Positions 44,049 through 54,277 are shown, counted from the first letter of the stretch. The stretch is 64,000 nt of DNA from an uncultured Clostridia bacterium (GCA_934120315.1 CAKOTX010000003.1:3661-67660); one strand, 5' to 3'. A program made the numbers and translations. Notes: generated by a model from the sequence alone, not told the origin.

Positions 44049-45368
44049 TTAATAATCTTTTATTCTTTCTTTTAAATCATTAAAATCAATTAATTTCCAA
44101 GACCAGTTTTTATTACTTTCAGTTCCTGGTACATTTATTCTTGCACTTTCATCTAATCCTAAAATATCTTGTACCATAATTACTGGCATTTTTGCTTTAC
44201 ATTTTGATAAATATTGCATAATTCCAATATTAACATTTATATCATTACAATTGTTTCGTTTCAAGAACTCTTTTAATTTCCATTTATGGTCATCATCAAG
44301 TGTTTTATACCAGCCATAAATTGTATTACAATCATGATTTCCAGGGAAAACAAGTACATTTTCCGTTTCATTATCTCTATCATAGAAATTATCTAAATCT
44401 ATTGTAAATTGCAATATTTTTTGTCTTGTAAATCCATAGTGGTCTCTTAATTTTATTGTTTCTTCTCTAATTTCTCCTAAATCTTCAATTATAAAATTCT
44501 CAATTTTTACACTATTGTCTTTAAATAATTCATCAAAAAATCCATAACTTACACCATCTGTATAACATCCTTCTTTTCCAGATTTTCCAATTGGAATCTT
44601 GAAGAATGAATCATATCCTCTAAAATAATCTATTCTAACTTTATCAAATAATTTTAAATGATATTTGAATCTTTTTATTAGATATTGATAATTGTCTTTT
44701 TTTATATTTTTAACATTATATACAGGACTATTCCATTTTTGACCATTTTCATTAAAATAATCTGGTGGAGTACCTGCTTCAAATGTAAATTTACCATTTT
44801 CCATTTCAAAACATTCTGAATGATATTTAGTTTCTACTGAGTCGAACACAGGATACATTGGCATATCTCCAATTATTTGCACATTTTTAGAATTAGCATA
44901 TTGTTTTAATTCCATCCATTGCTTATATAGCATATATTGAATAAACAAATGATATTCTTTACTTTTTCCTGTCTTTTTGCTTATAAATTCAGCATATTCA
45001 TTGATTTCTTGTGGTATTATAAATTCATAATATTCATTATTAGGTCTGAAATTGCTAAATGCTTCATTATAATATTTTTCTTTGAAATCATCATATATTA
45101 CTCTATCTTTGCTTTCTCGTGTTTCCGCATCTTTTATTAATTTTTCTTTTTTTAATTTGTCCAAAGATATGTAATCTTCTTCTATTGCATAATAACTTAT
45201 TGGAGAGTATGGCAATTTGTTACATTCGTTTATTGGCAATACTTCCCAATATCTTATATTATTTTCGCTTAATATATCTATAAATTCATATGCTTCATAT
45301 CCAAAGTCTCCAATTCCATATTTGCTTGGAAGTGAAAATATTGGAAGCAAAATTCCTTTTTCTTTCAT
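44049..45368 (-). CDS. malQ: 4-alpha-glucanotransferase (amylomaltase, GH77)
   Basis: N-terminus GILLPIFSLPSKYGIGDFG typical of MalQ. Confidence 0.75.
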   Translation of the reverse strand: MKEKGILLPIFSLPSKYGIGDFGYEAYEFIDILSENNIRYWEVLPINECNKLPYSPISYYAIEEDYISLDKLKKEKLIKDAETRESKDRVIYDDFKEKYYNEAFSNFRPNNEYYEFIIPQEINEYAEFISKKTGKSKEYHLFIQYMLYKQWMELKQYANSKNVQIIGDMPMYPVFDSVETKYHSECFEMENGKFTFEAGTPPDYFNENGQKWNSPVYNVKNIKKDNYQYLIKRFKYHLKLFDKVRIDYFRGYDSFFKIPIGKSGKEGCYTDGVSYGFFDELFKDNSVKIENFIIEDLGEIREETIKLRDHYGFTRQKILQFTIDLDNFYDRDNETENVLVFPGNHDCNTIYGWYKTLDDDHKWKLKEFLKRNNCNDINVNIGIMQYLSKCKAKMPVIMVQDILGLDESARINVPGTESNKNWSWKLIDFNDLKERIKDY

Positions 45369-45460
45369 TTTCCTATGTTCCTTTCTTCGTTTTTACTTTT
45401 GTTCATGTCAATTATATATTAATAAATTTATTTTTTCAATAGGTATTCTGATTAATTTCA

Positions 45461-45506
45461 ATATAAAAAACCAAGTGAATTTCTATTACAGAATTTTACT
45501 TGGTTT
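45461..45506 (-). terminator. Intrinsic terminator after the LRR protein gene
   Basis: aaccaagtgaattt...aattttacttggtt stem preceded by an A-run on the plus strand. Confidence 0.55.
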
Positions 45507-45527
45507 AAAAAATATTTATCTATTGTT

Positions 45528-47909
45528 TTAATTCTTTTTAGTAAAGTATCCTGGTGTATCTGCTGTGTCTATTCGTGCATAAGTTGCATCTCTATAGTTT
45601 GAATATTTGGTTCCATTTCCTCCTACTATTTTATAGCAAGCGTTGAACATCGACCATGAACCTGTTACATTTTCTGTTGTCCATCCTTTCCTTGTTGTTG
45701 AATCATATTCACTTACATATATCGTAGTTAAATTGTAGCATGAACTAAACATCCAACCCATATTCGTTACCTGGCTTGTATTAAAGTTACTTAAATCTAA
45801 GCTTGTTAATCCGCTACAATTATTAAACATATTACTCATATTCGTTACCTGGCTTGTATCAAAGTTACTTAAATCTAAGCTTGTTAATACCTTACAATAG
45901 GAAAACATATCATTCATATTCGTTACATTGCTTGTATCAAAGTTACTTAAATCTAAGCTTGTTAATACCTCACAATGGGTAAACATCTTCTCCATATTCG
46001 TTACCTGGCTTGTATTAAAGTTACTTAAATCTAAGCTTGTTAATACCTCACAATGGGTAAACATATCATCCATTTTCGTTACCTTGCTTGTATCAATGTT
46101 ACTTAAATCTAAGCTTGTTAATCCCTTACAATAGTAAAACATACTATCCATTTTCGTTACCTTGCTTGTATCAATGTTACTTAAATCTAAGCTTGTTAAT
46201 CTGTAACAAGAGGCAAACATACCACTCATATCCGTTACCTGGCTTGTATCAAAGTTACTTAAATCTAAGCTTGTTAATCCCACACAAGTACTAAACATAT
46301 ATCTTATATTCGTTACCTGGCTTGTATCAAAGTTACTTAAATCTAAGCTTGTTAATCCGTGACAAGAGGAAAACATACTATCCATATTCGTTACCTGGCT
46401 TGTATTAAAGTTACTTAAATCTAAGCTTGTTAATTTTTCACAACACGAAAACATACCCCTCATATTCGTTACCTGGCTTGTATCAATGTTACTTAAATCT
46501 AAGCTTGTTAATCCGCCACATTCATAAAACATATCCTCCATATTCGTTACCTGGCTTGTATTAAAGTTACTTACATCTAAGCTTGTTAATCCGCTACAAT
46601 TTCCAAACATATTGTTCATATTCGTTACATTGCTTGTATCAAAGTTACTTACATCTAAACTTGTTAATCCCTGACAATAGGAAAACATTTCATTCATATT
46701 CGTTACATGGCTTGTATCAAAGTTACTTAAATCTAAGCTTGTTAATCCTCTACAATTATAAAACATATAGTTCATATCCTTAACACCGTCAGTTTTAAAA
46801 TTCGATAAATCTATACTTGTTAATCCGCTACAACTCAAAAACATAACACTCATATTCGTTACCTGGCTTGTATCAAAGTTACTTAAATCTAAGCTTGTTA
46901 ATCTGCTACAATTCTTAAACATAGACCACATATCCGTTACCTGGCTTGTATTAAAGTTACTTAAATCTAAGCTTGTTAATCTGCTACACCCATAAAACAT
47001 AGAAATCATATACTTAACACCGTCAGTTTTAAAATTCGATAAATCTATACTTGTTAAATTTGTCAAGTTATAAAATAAATAACTTGAATCTTTATTCGCA
47101 TAAATTGGCTCTTCACTCATAAATATTAAATCATACATTCCATCATTATTGTCATCTGTATAATATCCCATTATACTTCCATCTCGTTTCACTGATGCAT
47201 CAAATTCTGATTTTATATCTGCTGTTATATCTGACTCTTTCCCTTGTTTAAATGTTATCGTTGATATTTTTGTGCTATTTATTTTTCCATTCAAATAGTT
47301 ATAACCATTAGAATTGCTAGCTAAAGTAGAATTAGCCATCATTCTATTAGGAGCTTTTATCACAAAATTCAAATAAGAATTTAGCACATTATTATCAGGT
47401 CCTGTTGTTCCTTTATACTTAAATTTTATAATTATATCTCTACTTTCACCTGGTCCTATTTTTTCTCCTGTTGTAAAACCTGTTATATCAAATATAATAT
47501 CATTATTGTCATAAAAATCATTTGCATAAGTTATTTTTTGAAATATCGCTTCTTCTGTTCCTTTGTTATAAACCGTTACTTTATATGTTATACTTGAATT
47601 CACATCCGTATTAGACAACTGCATAGTACTATCCATTACTGTTCCAAGAAATTTATTTACTCTTGAATTGCTTGCACTTGCATTTACATCACTTACATAT
47701 TCAATATTTGTAATAAACACTCCTTCCTGTGCATCCGCAAGTGCAGTTCCTTCTATATCTCCTGTTACTGAATTTATTGATGCATATCCTATTGACATTA
47801 ATATTATCATTGCAAACAAAACAAATAATAATAACATATTTTTGTTTCGTACTAGTTTCATCTTTTTTCCCTCCGTCTTAGTATAAAAATCTCTTCTGTT
47901 CAAACGCAA
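45528..47909 (-). CDS. Surface protein with about 19 BspA-type leucine-rich repeats (LRR_5)
   Basis: N-terminal signal/TM segment then tandem 23-aa units GLTSLDLSNFDTSQVTNMxxMFxxC; likely true start at MKLVRNK (47861). Confidence 0.8.
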   Translation of the reverse strand: MRLNRRDFYTKTEGKKMKLVRNKNMLLLFVLFAMIILMSIGYASINSVTGDIEGTALADAQEGVFITNIEYVSDVNASASNSRVNKFLGTVMDSTMQLSNTDVNSSITYKVTVYNKGTEEAIFQKITYANDFYDNNDIIFDITGFTTGEKIGPGESRDIIIKFKYKGTTGPDNNVLNSYLNFVIKAPNRMMANSTLASNSNGYNYLNGKINSTKISTITFKQGKESDITADIKSEFDASVKRDGSIMGYYTDDNNDGMYDLIFMSEEPIYANKDSSYLFYNLTNLTSIDLSNFKTDGVKYMISMFYGCSRLTSLDLSNFNTSQVTDMWSMFKNCSRLTSLDLSNFDTSQVTNMSVMFLSCSGLTSIDLSNFKTDGVKDMNYMFYNCRGLTSLDLSNFDTSHVTNMNEMFSYCQGLTSLDVSNFDTSNVTNMNNMFGNCSGLTSLDVSNFNTSQVTNMEDMFYECGGLTSLDLSNIDTSQVTNMRGMFSCCEKLTSLDLSNFNTSQVTNMDSMFSSCHGLTSLDLSNFDTSQVTNIRYMFSTCVGLTSLDLSNFDTSQVTDMSGMFASCYRLTSLDLSNIDTSKVTKMDSMFYYCKGLTSLDLSNIDTSKVTKMDDMFTHCEVLTSLDLSNFNTSQVTNMEKMFTHCEVLTSLDLSNFDTSNVTNMNDMFSYCKVLTSLDLSNFDTSQVTNMSNMFNNCSGLTSLDLSNFNTSQVTNMGWMFSSCYNLTTIYVSEYDSTTRKGWTTENVTGSWSMFNACYKIVGGNGTKYSNYRDATYARIDTADTPGYFTKKN
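45720..47100. repeat. About 19 tandem near-identical 69-bp DNA repeats encoding the LRR units
   Basis: Recurring ttcgttacctggcttgtatYaaagttacttaaatctaagcttgttaat every 69 bp. Confidence 0.85.
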
Positions 47910-47932
47910 AAAGGAACCTAAAATAGAACTGC

Positions 47933-48070
47933 TTATTTTTCACAGTTTTCTTCTAAGTTTCTCATATTTTCAGGTATGCGAAAAGACTTGTCATTTCTGA
48001 CAATTTTATTTGCTAAAGTATCAGTATATATATATACAGTCCCAACGGTTACAAGTCTTTTCATCATCAT
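47933..48070 (-). CDS. Possible 45-aa small ORF immediately upstream of the LRR gene
   Basis: GAGGAGG RBS 5 nt before ATGATGATG; co-oriented; ends 23 nt before the LRR ORF. Confidence 0.25.
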   Translation of the reverse strand: MMMKRLVTVGTVYIYTDTLANKIVRNDKSFRIPENMRNLEENCEK

Positions 48071-48299
48071 ACCTCCTCGTTTTCTTTTTTCATCATTTTA
48101 CAAATAAATTATAATATTAAACTTTATTTTTGTCTAGCATTTTTTCGAAAATATATATTTTCTTACTTACACTATTTTATAAATTAATATAGTTAAGTTA
48201 CTAACAAATTAATTCCCAAGCAAGAACTTTTTTTGAATTCTTACTTGGGAATTATAGTTACATTTTAACTTGAATAATAATTTACACAATTTTAAATTT

Positions 48300-49259
48300 T
48301 TATATGAGCTCTTTGTGAAATTCTTGTAAAACTTCATCTTTCACTATTTCTTTAAAAACTATAGAAATTTTAGTTCTACTAATATCAATATTAAAAATCT
48401 CCAAACTATTTTTATTTGCAATATCTAAAATTTTATTAATAACATCATCTCTTGAACTAATCCCAAAGCCGATAATAGATATTCTAGAAACATCTTTTTT
48501 TACAATACTTTTTATTCCAGAAGCCTCCAATTTATGAGATATCACTGTTCCTGGATTATTATTAAATGTAGAACCTGTAACTATTGGCACATTATATTTC
48601 TCACCAATCTCAACACATCTATCATGTAAAACTTTTGCACCTTCACTTGATAATGAATGCATCTCTTCATATGAAATATCAGTTAATTTTCTAGTTCCTT
48701 CAACTTTATTAGGATCTGCTGAATATATTCCATCAACATCAGAATATATGTAGCATTGCTTTGCTTTTAAACTTGCAGCTAATGCTACTGCAGTAGTATC
48801 AGAACCGCCTCTTCCTAATGTAGTAATATCATTAGTATCATTTATCCCTTGAAAGCCTGTGACTACCACAATTTTTCCTTCATCTAGCTCTTTTTCTATT
48901 CTCGCACAGTCTATATATTCTATTTTTGCATTTTGATTTTCATCACTTGTGTGTATTCCTGCCTGCCAACCTGTAAGAGATATTGCTTGATATCCTAAAT
49001 AATTTAATAAAATTGCTAATTTACTAGCACTAATTTGTTCTCCAACACTTATCAATGCATCCATTTCTCTTTTATCAGGCTTTAAAGCCAATTCTTCAGC
49101 TTCTTTTATTAGCTGGTCTGTTTTTTTGCCCTGTGCAGAAACTACAACAACTATATTATTATCTTCATCATATAATTTTATAACTTTATTGGCTACCAAT
49201 TGCAATTTACTATTATCAGCAACAGAACTTCCTCCAAATTTAATTACTATTGTTTCCAT
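48300..49259 (-). CDS. Aspartate kinase, short form with a single ACT domain
   Basis: KFGGSSV, TLGRGGSDTTA and DVDGIYSADP motifs. Confidence 0.8.
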   Translation of the reverse strand: METIVIKFGGSSVADNSKLQLVANKVIKLYDEDNNIVVVVSAQGKKTDQLIKEAEELALKPDKREMDALISVGEQISASKLAILLNYLGYQAISLTGWQAGIHTSDENQNAKIEYIDCARIEKELDEGKIVVVTGFQGINDTNDITTLGRGGSDTTAVALAASLKAKQCYIYSDVDGIYSADPNKVEGTRKLTDISYEEMHSLSSEGAKVLHDRCVEIGEKYNVPIVTGSTFNNNPGTVISHKLEASGIKSIVKKDVSRISIIGFGISSRDDVINKILDIANKNSLEIFNIDISRTKISIVFKEIVKDEVLQEFHKELI

Positions 49260-49345
49260 CTTTTGCGCCTTTCTTAATATAATATAAAGAATCGTATTTA
49301 ATTAAATACTACTCCCTATATTATATTAAGAATATATCAATTTGG

Positions 49346-49412
49346 TGGCAATTTGGGGTCGGTGTTTTTCTTGACAAGCTGTCAAAAAAAACACCGACCC
49401 CAAATTAACAAA
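49346..49412. repeat. Dispersed palindromic repeat copy (57-nt perfect palindrome); bidirectional terminator between prfB and aspartate kinase
   Basis: aatttggggtcggtgtttttcttgacaagctgtcaaaaaaaacaccgaccccaaatt, with caatttggtggc lead-in shared with the 59283 copy. Confidence 0.75.
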
Positions 49413-50511
49413 TTAGCCCTTTAAAAAAGCCTCTATAAATCCGTCTAAGTCGCCATCCATAACACTTTCCACGTTTCCAACTTCATAATTTGTTCTGTGG
49501 TCTTTTACGAGTGTATATGGGCAAAAAACGTATGAACGAATTTGGCTTCCCCATGCAATATCTTTTTGATTTCCTTTTAATTCTTCTATTGTTTCTTTCT
49601 GCTCTTTTTCTTTTAAATTTAATAATTTTGATTTCAACATTTTCATTGCAGTTTCTCTGTTTTGAATCTGAGAACGCTCAGATTGACAAGCAACTACTAT
49701 ATTTGTTGGAATGTGTGTGATTCTAACTGCTGATGATGTTTTATTTATGTGCTGTCCTCCAGCTCCTGATGCTCTATATGTATCTACACGTAAATCATCT
49801 GGATTGATGTCTATTTGGATATCATCTGTTATTTCTGGTAAAACTTCTAATGATGCAAATGATGTATGTCTTCTTCCTCCCGCGTCAAATGGTGATATTC
49901 TTACTAATCTATGTACTCCCATTTCACCTTTTAAATACCCATATGCATTTTCTCCTACAACTTCAAATGTAACACTTTTTATTCCAGCTTCTTCACCTTC
50001 TAAATAATCTAATTCTTTTACTTCATATCCTTTTTTAGCAGCCCATCTAGTATACATTCTGTATAGCATTTCCGCCCAGTCTTGTGACTCTGTTCCACCA
50101 GCTCCTGGATGTAATGTTAATATTGCATTATTTCTATCATATTTTCCAGAAAGCAATGTCTCAAGTTGTAAATTTTCCAAATCGTCTTCAAGTTGCTTTG
50201 TTGATTTTAATATTTCTTTAGCAACTTCTTCATCATTTTCCATATTTGCTAGTTCTGTTAAATCTTTTAAATTTGTAACTTCATTTTCAATCTTCTTGAA
50301 TTTTTCTACTTTATTTTTTAACTGTTTTAGCTGTGATAATATTTTGCCTGTCTCGGCTGGCGTTTTTTGCCAAAATTCCTCTTTTAACGTTTCTTCTTCT
50401 AATTGTTTTGCCTGTTCTTCTATTTTAGAAATGTCAAAGAGACTCACCTAAATTCTGTACTTTTTCTTTTATTAAATCAAGTCTCCTTGAATTTTCTTCT
50501 AATTCTATCAT
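49413..50511 (-). CDS. prfB: Peptide chain release factor 2, expressed through programmed +1 frameshift
   Basis: Frame-0 leader MIELEENSRRLDLIKEKVQNLGESL ends at CTT TGA C (50439-50433); the +1 frame continues DISKIEE...SPFDAGGRRHTSFA...GGQHINK. Confidence 0.85.
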
Positions 50512-50522
50512 TATCTCACTCC

Positions 50523-51626
50523 TTATTCATAATCATCAACACTTAATTCTGGATAACTAAACATTTGACCAGCATCTGTGAATTTTCCAGATATAAAATG
50601 ATTTTGGTTCATTGTGTTTGAACCTTTTAAAAAGTATTGATATTTTGACTTTAATGGCAATTTACCATTTCCCATTATAATTGGATCATCCCATGTTGTG
50701 TCTACCGCATACCATTTGCTATTTAGTTTTACATAATTCCATGCATGATTTTCTGTTTTACCTTTACTATTAGTTCCTGTTCCTATTACAATTGTATTAT
50801 CAATTCCAGTTCCACTCATTAAATATTGAAAGGCTTTTGCATATCCTTCACACACACATTTTTTTTCAATCAAAGCCCCATATATATTGTAAATATTGTC
50901 TACAGATGTTGTTGAATCATATTCAATTGTATCAACTAAATAATCATGAATTATTTTTACTTTTTCATAATCTTCTTTATCTTCTATTGTAGCTATTACA
51001 CCACTTCTGATTTTTTCTAACTCTATCTGACAATTATCAATATCTTCTTTTGAATTAAATCCTTCTGCTAAATAATTTTTTTTACTTCCATTATCAATAT
51101 ATACATTATATTTTGTTCCTGTTATTTTAGTGATTTTTTCAATATTGATAAACATACTTGTTGCATCTATGTAAAAAATTTCTGGATTTTCATATATAAA
51201 AGCTTCTATTGCTGATTGATAATCTTTTTTTAACTTAACATCACCATCTGTTTCTGAAAGTACTGATTGAAATGCATTTCCAAAATCAACAGTATATATT
51301 CCAGTTTTCAAATTTTCTCTATTTTCATATAATTTATCATATATCGTCTTTGCAGTTGAATCTAATTGATCATATAAATGCTTATATTTAGTTATTTTGT
51401 TAATCTTTTGTCCATCTACACCATCAAAGCTATTTTCTTGAATAATTGTGGTATTTTGATTTATTGTTTCTTCACTTAAAATATATTTTATCTCTCCTAC
51501 AAAGTCCTCAGGTATTATAGATTGCCCTGTAATTTCTTTGTAAATCATGTATCCCATAACAGATATAACCGCCATAATTCCAAGCGTAATTATAGCTAAT
51601 AAAAAACTTATTATTTTATCCTTCAT
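50523..51626 (-). CDS. Membrane-anchored transglutaminase-like (Cys-His-Asp) domain protein
   Basis: N-terminal TM; C-terminal CVCEGYAKAF ... ENHAWNYV ... WYAVDTTWDD triad arrangement. Confidence 0.6.
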   Translation of the reverse strand: MKDKIISFLLAIITLGIMAVISVMGYMIYKEITGQSIIPEDFVGEIKYILSEETINQNTTIIQENSFDGVDGQKINKITKYKHLYDQLDSTAKTIYDKLYENRENLKTGIYTVDFGNAFQSVLSETDGDVKLKKDYQSAIEAFIYENPEIFYIDATSMFINIEKITKITGTKYNVYIDNGSKKNYLAEGFNSKEDIDNCQIELEKIRSGVIATIEDKEDYEKVKIIHDYLVDTIEYDSTTSVDNIYNIYGALIEKKCVCEGYAKAFQYLMSGTGIDNTIVIGTGTNSKGKTENHAWNYVKLNSKWYAVDTTWDDPIIMGNGKLPLKSKYQYFLKGSNTMNQNHFISGKFTDAGQMFSYPELSVDDYE

Positions 51627-51701
51627 ATTTCCTCCGAGGTCTAAAATAGACCAATCATACTATTTAAATTATATATTATTCTCACTTTCATTTCAAGTTT
51701 T

Positions 51702-53354
51702 TTGAATATTTTTTTATTTTTTGCAAATATTACTAATATGAATTTTAAAGATTTTTTTAATAATTTAACTAAATATAATAATGATTTCAATTTTTCTATT
51801 TTAAATAATAAAACTGATAATACAAGTTATTCACCAACTCCAGAAAAAGACTATAAAGTTTTTTCAAATGTGAAAGAAAATTTAGATTATTTGAAAAGCA
51901 AATATAATACTCTTATTTGTGCTGATGTAATAATCAGAGAATTCAATATGTTTGTTTATAATGAAAATCATAAATGTTTTATTATTTATATAGATGGCTT
52001 AGTTGATTCTGATTCGATTAATGACTTTATTTTAGAGCCTCTTATGCTTGGAAAGTTCAGATATAATAAGCCTTTTGAGGGCACATTATTTGACTATGTT
52101 GATAACTGCTTACTTCCCCAAAATAGCGTTACTCCTGTAAAGGATTATTCAGATGTTTTTACCAGTATAAATATGGGCGACTGTTTGCTTTTTATCGATA
52201 CTCTTGATTCCGCATTTGATATAGATGTAAAACAATATACTCAGCGTAGTGTTAGCGTTCCTGAAAATGAGTCTGTTATAAAAGGTCCTCAAGAAGGTTT
52301 TATTGAAAATTTTAGGACTAATACTTCTCTGCTAAGGCGTATTGTTAATAATGAGAATCTTGTTATTGAAACTATTCCAGTTGGAAAAATTAGTAGAACT
52401 AAATGTGGTGTTTGTTATCTTCAAAACATTGCAAATGGCGATCTGGTTTCTGAGGTAAAATATAGGCTTCATAATCTTGATATTGATTCTTTACTTTCAA
52501 CTGGTGAATTAGAACAACTTATTGAAGATGATGAGGGTTTTGGTATTCCCCATGTTCTATCTACTGAAAGACCTGACAAATGTGCAAAATATTTGTTTCA
52601 AGGAAGAGTTGTCATTTTAGTAAATGGAAATCCGTATGCTCTAATCTTACCTGCTACAATTGAAGATTTCTTATTCTCTCCAGAGGATACAAATTTACGT
52701 CCACTTTTCGCTAATTTTCTACGAATTGTAAGAATATTAGCTGCTATTATTACACTTTTGTTACCAGGAATATATATAGCAATAACTAGCTTCCATCAAG
52801 AATTTTTACCAACAGAATTATTGTTTTCAATTATTTCGGCTCGTGAAAACGTACCTTTTCCAATATTTTTCGAGATTATCCTTTTAGAGTTCGCTTTTGA
52901 GCTTATTAGAGAAGCAAGTTTAAGAGTTCCTTCTTTAATAGCTTCTTCTATTGGAATTATTGGTGCATTAATTCTAGGTGATGCTGCAGTTAATGCTGGA
53001 ATTGTAAGTCCAATTCTTATAATTATAGTAGCTATAACGGGAATTGCATCTTTTGCCATCCCAGATTTTTCTTTTGGATTTCATATAAGAGTCTTCAGAT
53101 TCTATTTTATCGCATTAGGTTCTACAGCTGGTTTTTTGGGAATTGGCATAGGATTGTTTGTTTATATTTCTATGCTCTGTAGTTTGAAATCTTTTGGAAT
53201 TCCTTATACTATTCCAATTGCTCCTGCTCATTCTACTAAGAATAATGGCTTTTTTATTCCTCCTATTTGGAAACAAGAATATCGTGCAAATTTCTTATCT
53301 CCTAAAAAAAGTGAATCTCAAGCCAAGATTAGTATGAAATGGAAATGGAAATAG
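51702..53354 (+). CDS. Spore germination protein, GerA/GerKA family (A subunit); orphan
   Basis: GerA-family core (LLSTGELEQLIEDDEGFGIPHVLSTERPDK...VILVNGNPYALILPATIEDF) plus C-terminal TM region; start uncertain (51702 or 51738). Confidence 0.8.
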   Translation: MNIFLFFANITNMNFKDFFNNLTKYNNDFNFSILNNKTDNTSYSPTPEKDYKVFSNVKENLDYLKSKYNTLICADVIIREFNMFVYNENHKCFIIYIDGLVDSDSINDFILEPLMLGKFRYNKPFEGTLFDYVDNCLLPQNSVTPVKDYSDVFTSINMGDCLLFIDTLDSAFDIDVKQYTQRSVSVPENESVIKGPQEGFIENFRTNTSLLRRIVNNENLVIETIPVGKISRTKCGVCYLQNIANGDLVSEVKYRLHNLDIDSLLSTGELEQLIEDDEGFGIPHVLSTERPDKCAKYLFQGRVVILVNGNPYALILPATIEDFLFSPEDTNLRPLFANFLRIVRILAAIITLLLPGIYIAITSFHQEFLPTELLFSIISARENVPFPIFFEIILLEFAFELIREASLRVPSLIASSIGIIGALILGDAAVNAGIVSPILIIIVAITGIASFAIPDFSFGFHIRVFRFYFIALGSTAGFLGIGIGLFVYISMLCSLKSFGIPYTIPIAPAHSTKNNGFFIPPIWKQEYRANFLSPKKSESQAKISMKWKWK

Positions 53355-53408
53355 TGAAAATGGGGTCGGTCCTTTTTTGAACATTGTTCAAAAAGGACCG
53401 ACCCCATT
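53350..53408. repeat. Dispersed palindromic repeat copy; bidirectional terminator between the gerA-like gene and rubrerythrin
   Basis: aaatggggtcggtccttttttgaacattgttcaaaaaggaccgaccccattt. Confidence 0.75.
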
Positions 53409-53423
53409 TTTGCATTTTTCTTA

Positions 53424-53963
53424 TTAATAATTTTCTGCTTTGATTTCAAAATATGCTTTTGGATGACTACATACTGGGCAAACTTCTGGTGCAGATGTTC
53501 CCACAACAATGTGTCCGCAATTTCTGCATTTCCATATTTTAACTTCTCCAGCCTCAAATACCTTTCCATCTTTTACATTTTCTAATAATTTTAAATATCT
53601 TTCTTCATGTTCTTTTTCTATTTTAGCTACTTCTTCAAATAAATATGCAATTCTTGTAAATCCTTCTTCTTTAGCAGTTTTAGCAAATTCTGCATACATA
53701 TCTGTCCATTCATAGTTTTCACCATCAGCAGCAGCTTTTAAATTTTCAGCTGTTGTTCCGATGTCTCCACCATTTAATAATTTAAACCACATTTTTGCAT
53801 GTTCTTTCTCATTGTCTGCTGTTTCTTGGAATATAGCAGCAATTTGCTCATATCCTTCCTTTTTAGCTTTACTTGCAAAATATGTGTATTTGTTTCTTGC
53901 TTGTGATTCTCCTGCAAATGCAGTCATTAAATTTTGTTCTGTTTTTGAACCTTTTAATTCCAT
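53424..53963 (-). CDS. rbr: Rubrerythrin
   Basis: Ferritin-like diiron E..H motifs plus C-terminal rubredoxin CRNCG...CPVC. Confidence 0.9.
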   Translation of the reverse strand: MELKGSKTEQNLMTAFAGESQARNKYTYFASKAKKEGYEQIAAIFQETADNEKEHAKMWFKLLNGGDIGTTAENLKAAADGENYEWTDMYAEFAKTAKEEGFTRIAYLFEEVAKIEKEHEERYLKLLENVKDGKVFEAGEVKIWKCRNCGHIVVGTSAPEVCPVCSHPKAYFEIKAENY

Positions 53964-53974
53964 AATATAACCTC

Positions 53975-54277
53975 CTATGCTTCTTCTATAACTTCTTCAT
54001 TTTCATTTGTTTCAACTACTGATGCTGTTCCTGCTCCGAAAGAGAAAACTTTTCTTTCTGCTCTTGATTTTTCTTCGAATTTTTTATCATAAGACACTTT
54101 TACTGTATTTAGAGCATCTTGCATTGCAGAAAACATTTCTTCTACATCTTCTTTTGTAAAATCATATGCACTACTTCTTGACATTGGTTCTAATATTTGA
54201 ATGTCATGCATTACATTGTTAACCCTCTTTCCAGCGTATTCCATAAATTTTTTTCTTTTTTCTTCGTTTACTTCCAT
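53975..54277 (-). CDS. Hypothetical 100-aa protein downstream of spoIIIAH
   Basis: ORF with GAAGGGAG RBS; acidic; no family recognised. Confidence 0.45.
   Translation of the reverse strand: MEVNEEKRKKFMEYAGKRVNNVMHDIQILEPMSRSSAYDFTKEDVEEMFSAMQDALNTVKVSYDKKFEEKSRAERKVFSFGAGTASVVETNENEEVIEEA

Noticed and set aside
45928-46783. Several 66-68-aa ORFs on the plus strand inside the LRR gene
   Set aside because: They are antisense reading frames generated by the 69-bp tandem repeats. Their sequences are repetitive, with no RBS.
45720-47100. Regular 69-bp direct repeats that could be mistaken for a CRISPR array
   Set aside because: The repeats are contiguous with no unique spacers and lie in-frame within a coding sequence (LRR units). 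There are no cas genes.
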